Part shown: piece after piece, positions 59,340 to 64,000 of the stretch
Layout: each line of letters opens with the position of its first letter
Numbering within the stretch: the stretch's first letter is position 1
Assembly: GCF_009914755.1 (NCBI RefSeq)
Contig: NC_060943.1
Reading direction: 5' to 3' (one strand)
Length of the DNA stretch: 64,000 bases
DNA from: the human T2T-CHM13v2.0 reference genome, Homo sapiens
Notes under the pieces: model-generated
The model's database searches: none
What the model was told of the DNA's origin: nothing
Seen by the model: the letters and a program-made list of their open reading frames with translations, nothing else
Program-made: the position numbers and the translations under genes

Positions 59340-59432
59340 CACAACCTGAGTTATGGAGTGTAGCCTATTAAGAAAGAAGGTGGCTGCCCCAGGGCTGAGA
59401 GGAGTCTCCTGTTGTATTTCTTTTTCGAAGAT
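59340..59432 (+). pseudogene. Dormant homologue of the 93-bp ZNF100/ZNF430/ZNF431-type exon 2
   Basis: T-tract plus AG at 59338-59339, then HNLSYGV*PIKKEGGCPRAERSLLLYFFFED, compared with ZNF431 [31 protein letters not shown] (from memory); TAG at 59361-59363; no GT at the expected end. Confidence 0.75.
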
Positions 59433-59605
59433 ATTAAGATTGTCTTCACCCAACTCAGCTTCCATTTCTTAGAGACACATTGCTGTTAAGCCAATCAGAT
59501 GCTGGTAAAAAACACAGAAATAATTTCTGCCCCCTGGATTCTCTAAGTGGGCAGAGAAATAGTGAAATAAAAATAGTGAAACATTTGTGAAAGAAAAAAT
59601 AGTAT

Positions 59606-60536
<931 letters not shown>

Positions 60537-60562
60537 TTAAAGGTAAGAAAATATTTACAAAG

Positions 60563-60834
<272 letters not shown>

Positions 60835-60873
60835 CCTCATTTACCTATTTCTTTTCCAGAGTGAATTTAGAAA

Positions 60874-61172
<299 letters not shown>

Positions 61173-62164
61173 GAATTTAGAAATTTTTTCAAGTGTGTTT
61201 TATTATGGCTGGGTGGTTTCAAACGCAATTCCAAGGCTTAGCTTTTAGAATGCTACCAAGGAAAAGAATAGAAAAAAATCTCTGTATTTTGGCTGTAGAA
61301 AATGAATACATTTCCACAAGAAAATATGGTAGATAATTGATGAGTTACATGGATTCATAAAAGCATCAGTTTCTTTTTTTGCAGGGAAAACTTGTGATAG
61401 TGAATATCTCTGTTCTATATTCTGTTATTTTGATTTCTGAGTTTAATGTTAAATTTTATGAGATTAAACTTGTTACCTCCTAGAAGTGTTCACATATTAC
61501 TAATTATTTACAACATGATTTTTAATGAAACTAATACAATAATACATTTATTCTCTGAAAGGAATACTTTAACTTTTCTTATTGGGTATGAAATATAAGC
61601 ACCTTAATTTTTTTTCCTTATATGAGTACTATGTTTGATAATTTTGCTAGATTTTTTAAACACTTAGTTTCAAAAACCAAGTGAGTAACTCTGTCATAGA
61701 AATTAAAACTTGAGCCCAGTGACTCCAAGCTAAGGCTAATATTGAGCCTGCAAAAAAGGTTATTAAAGGCCCAGCTAATTCTTTCTGGGGAGCCGCCCCT
61801 GCAGATGTCCCAGCCATGGAAGAAGCCTTTATCCTGAGAGAAGCTACAGAGCCCTGGAAAGCCGGGGATCCACAGGCAGATGCAGTTAAGGTTAAAATAG
61901 AAGGGGTCTCAGAAGGTCTTACTGAAGATGAAGTTGTTATTGTTCTGAGATAGTTTCTAGACTTTGTAAAATATAAGCAAAGTTAGATTTATGTTTAAAA
62001 AAAATTCCACAGGAGTATTGCAACAGGAGGAAGCACTAACAATAATATCTTTAAGGACTGCAAAGCTTAGGCTGACAGGGACTGACTTTCATAAGGAGGA
62101 GCAAACAGATTAAAAAGAAAGTGTGAGGGAAATGGGAAATTGAGGATGAAATAACTAGATTTGA

Positions 62165-62456
<292 letters not shown>

Positions 62457-63544
62457 AAATTCAGCTGATTTTTATATGAGAAAAAGAAGAAAATGTGCAG
62501 AGTCTGTGTCTGGCTATGTGATGGGCAAAAAAAAGAGCCCCATCTAAGTTATAATGGAAAGGGTGTTTCTTTCCATGAACTGTTCCTGGAGCACACAAAG
62601 GATGGAGAATTTTATTAATCACAACTATTTACCTGGATTACCTATGTGCTTCATCTTTCCCCACCTATTTTTTTTTTGTCCTATACATTTATTCCATTTT
62701 GCTTTTTCTGGGTTGTATCTTTTATGATTAACTGGTCAACATAACTATGTTGTTTTGCTTGTTAGTGGCTCTATCAAATCATTGAACTTGAGGGAGGTTA
62801 TGGGAGTCCTTGATTTTTAAACAGTAGCTCAGGAGCATAGATGGGTTCATTGGGTTTGTTCCTGACATCTGCAGTAAAGAGAATACTGTGGTACTGAGCC
62901 CTGAATCAGGGTCTGTGCTGAATGGGTGGTGTCAGAATTCAAATTTTAGACAATGAGTTGATGTTGGAGAATCTTGGTATTCAGCAAACTCTACAGATTT
63001 GGTGCCAGAAGAAAGATACCACAGAGGCCTGGCCTGAAATGAAACTCTGGGAGGCTCTGCTTTTCTGTCTGTCATAGTGCCCATTGTTTTGTGATTCTAG
63101 GTCTCCTCCCAGGGTGAGAGAGGACTGAAAACTTAAAGGAAAGAAGCTCGGATAGCAGATTCCCTTTTTCCACAGCTGTCAGCACAGGATTTCTACCCAG
63201 TCACAAAGACACCCACTAGACATTGAGGTGTCTACACCACTCCCAGGGCTAGACACCACCCTCAGGAATTTCACCACAGCATTTTTATCCTAATGTTTTT
63301 TTTTGCCAAAAACCCACAAGTGTCTACAAGTCTCCTGGCATATCCTCACCCCTAGACACTGAATCTGCAGCAGCAACCTGTTTTCTCCACCAACCTAGGG
63401 TTCTGGACCACCTGTTCGTAATCTCATCTGCCTGCATGAACCCAGAAATAAATTAGAGTCACACCTGGGCCACTATCTGTAGCACAAACCAGTCCTATCA
63501 CCTACATTGCACTCTCTCAAACTAACTCATGGATTTTTTTCCTT

Positions 63545-64000
63545 TTAACTTTTATTTTTTGTTCCTGAGTACACATGCAGGTTTGTTATATAGGTAAAAT
63601 TGTGTCATGGGGGTTTGGTGTGCAGATTATATTGTCACTGAGATACTAAACTTTGCACCAAACAGGTATTTTTTCTGATCTTTTTTGTCCTCCCATCATC
63701 CACCATCAACTTGCCCTCAGTATCTATTGTTCTCTTTGTGTCTATGCATTCTTATCATTTAGCTCTTACTTATAAATGGTAACATGTATTTATTTATTAT
63801 TATTTTTTGAGACTCTGGGATTACATGCGCCTGCCACCACACCAGCTAATTTTTGTATTTTTGGAGGGACGGGGTTTCACCATGTTGGCCAGGCTGGTCT
63901 CGAACTCCTGACCTGAGGTGATCCACCCACCTCGGCCTCCCAAAGTGCTGGGATTACTGTCTCTACATTAGTTTTCTAAGAATACTGGTCTCTAGCTCCA
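63545..64000 (-). mobile_element. L1 3' end (paralogue of 9000-9312) with an internally deleted Alu at ~63790-63956
   Basis: ttttaacttttattttt...catgggggtttggtgtgcagattatattgtcac. Confidence 0.8.

Overview
This is primate (most likely human) genomic DNA from a ZNF91-subfamily KRAB zinc-finger cluster of the 19p12 type. No complete protein-coding sequence lies in the window; nearly all ORF-track entries are Alu, L1, ERV or satellite artefacts. Two paralogous KRAB-ZNF genes are arranged head-to-head about 41.8 kb apart. Each contributes a CpG-rich promoter, a first exon ending in ATG|GT, and part of intron 1: minus strand with ATG at 15184-15182, and plus strand with ATG at 57027-57029. From recollection of the locus, the pair fits ZNF208 (-) and ZNF257 (+); this has not been checked by alignment. 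The two promoter/intron-1 regions (~9.0-15.6 kb and ~56.65-63.8 kb) are inverted paralogues, which gives an internal outgroup for reading mutational events. Between the genes lie old L1s, a 3'-truncated HERV-L provirus with its MLT2A 5' LTR (24.9-30.1 kb), and a ~25-kb diverged beta-satellite block (30.1-54.8 kb). The satellite has nested ~35 bp / ~70 bp / ~350 bp / 2-4 kb periodicity and is interrupted by a MER41 LTR/internal fragment. Intron 1 of the left gene carries a BNIP3 processed pseudogene split by nested Alus. Main leads: (1) a dormant homologue of the ZNF100/430/431-type exon 2 carrying a stop codon in both introns (possible poison exon); (2) an MLT2A LTR with a DUX4-like site pointing toward the left ZNF gene; (3) a telomeric-repeat insertion present in only one paralogue; (4) several DNA-repair and Alu scars revealed by paralogue comparison. 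I did not find a clearly novel multi-gene system.
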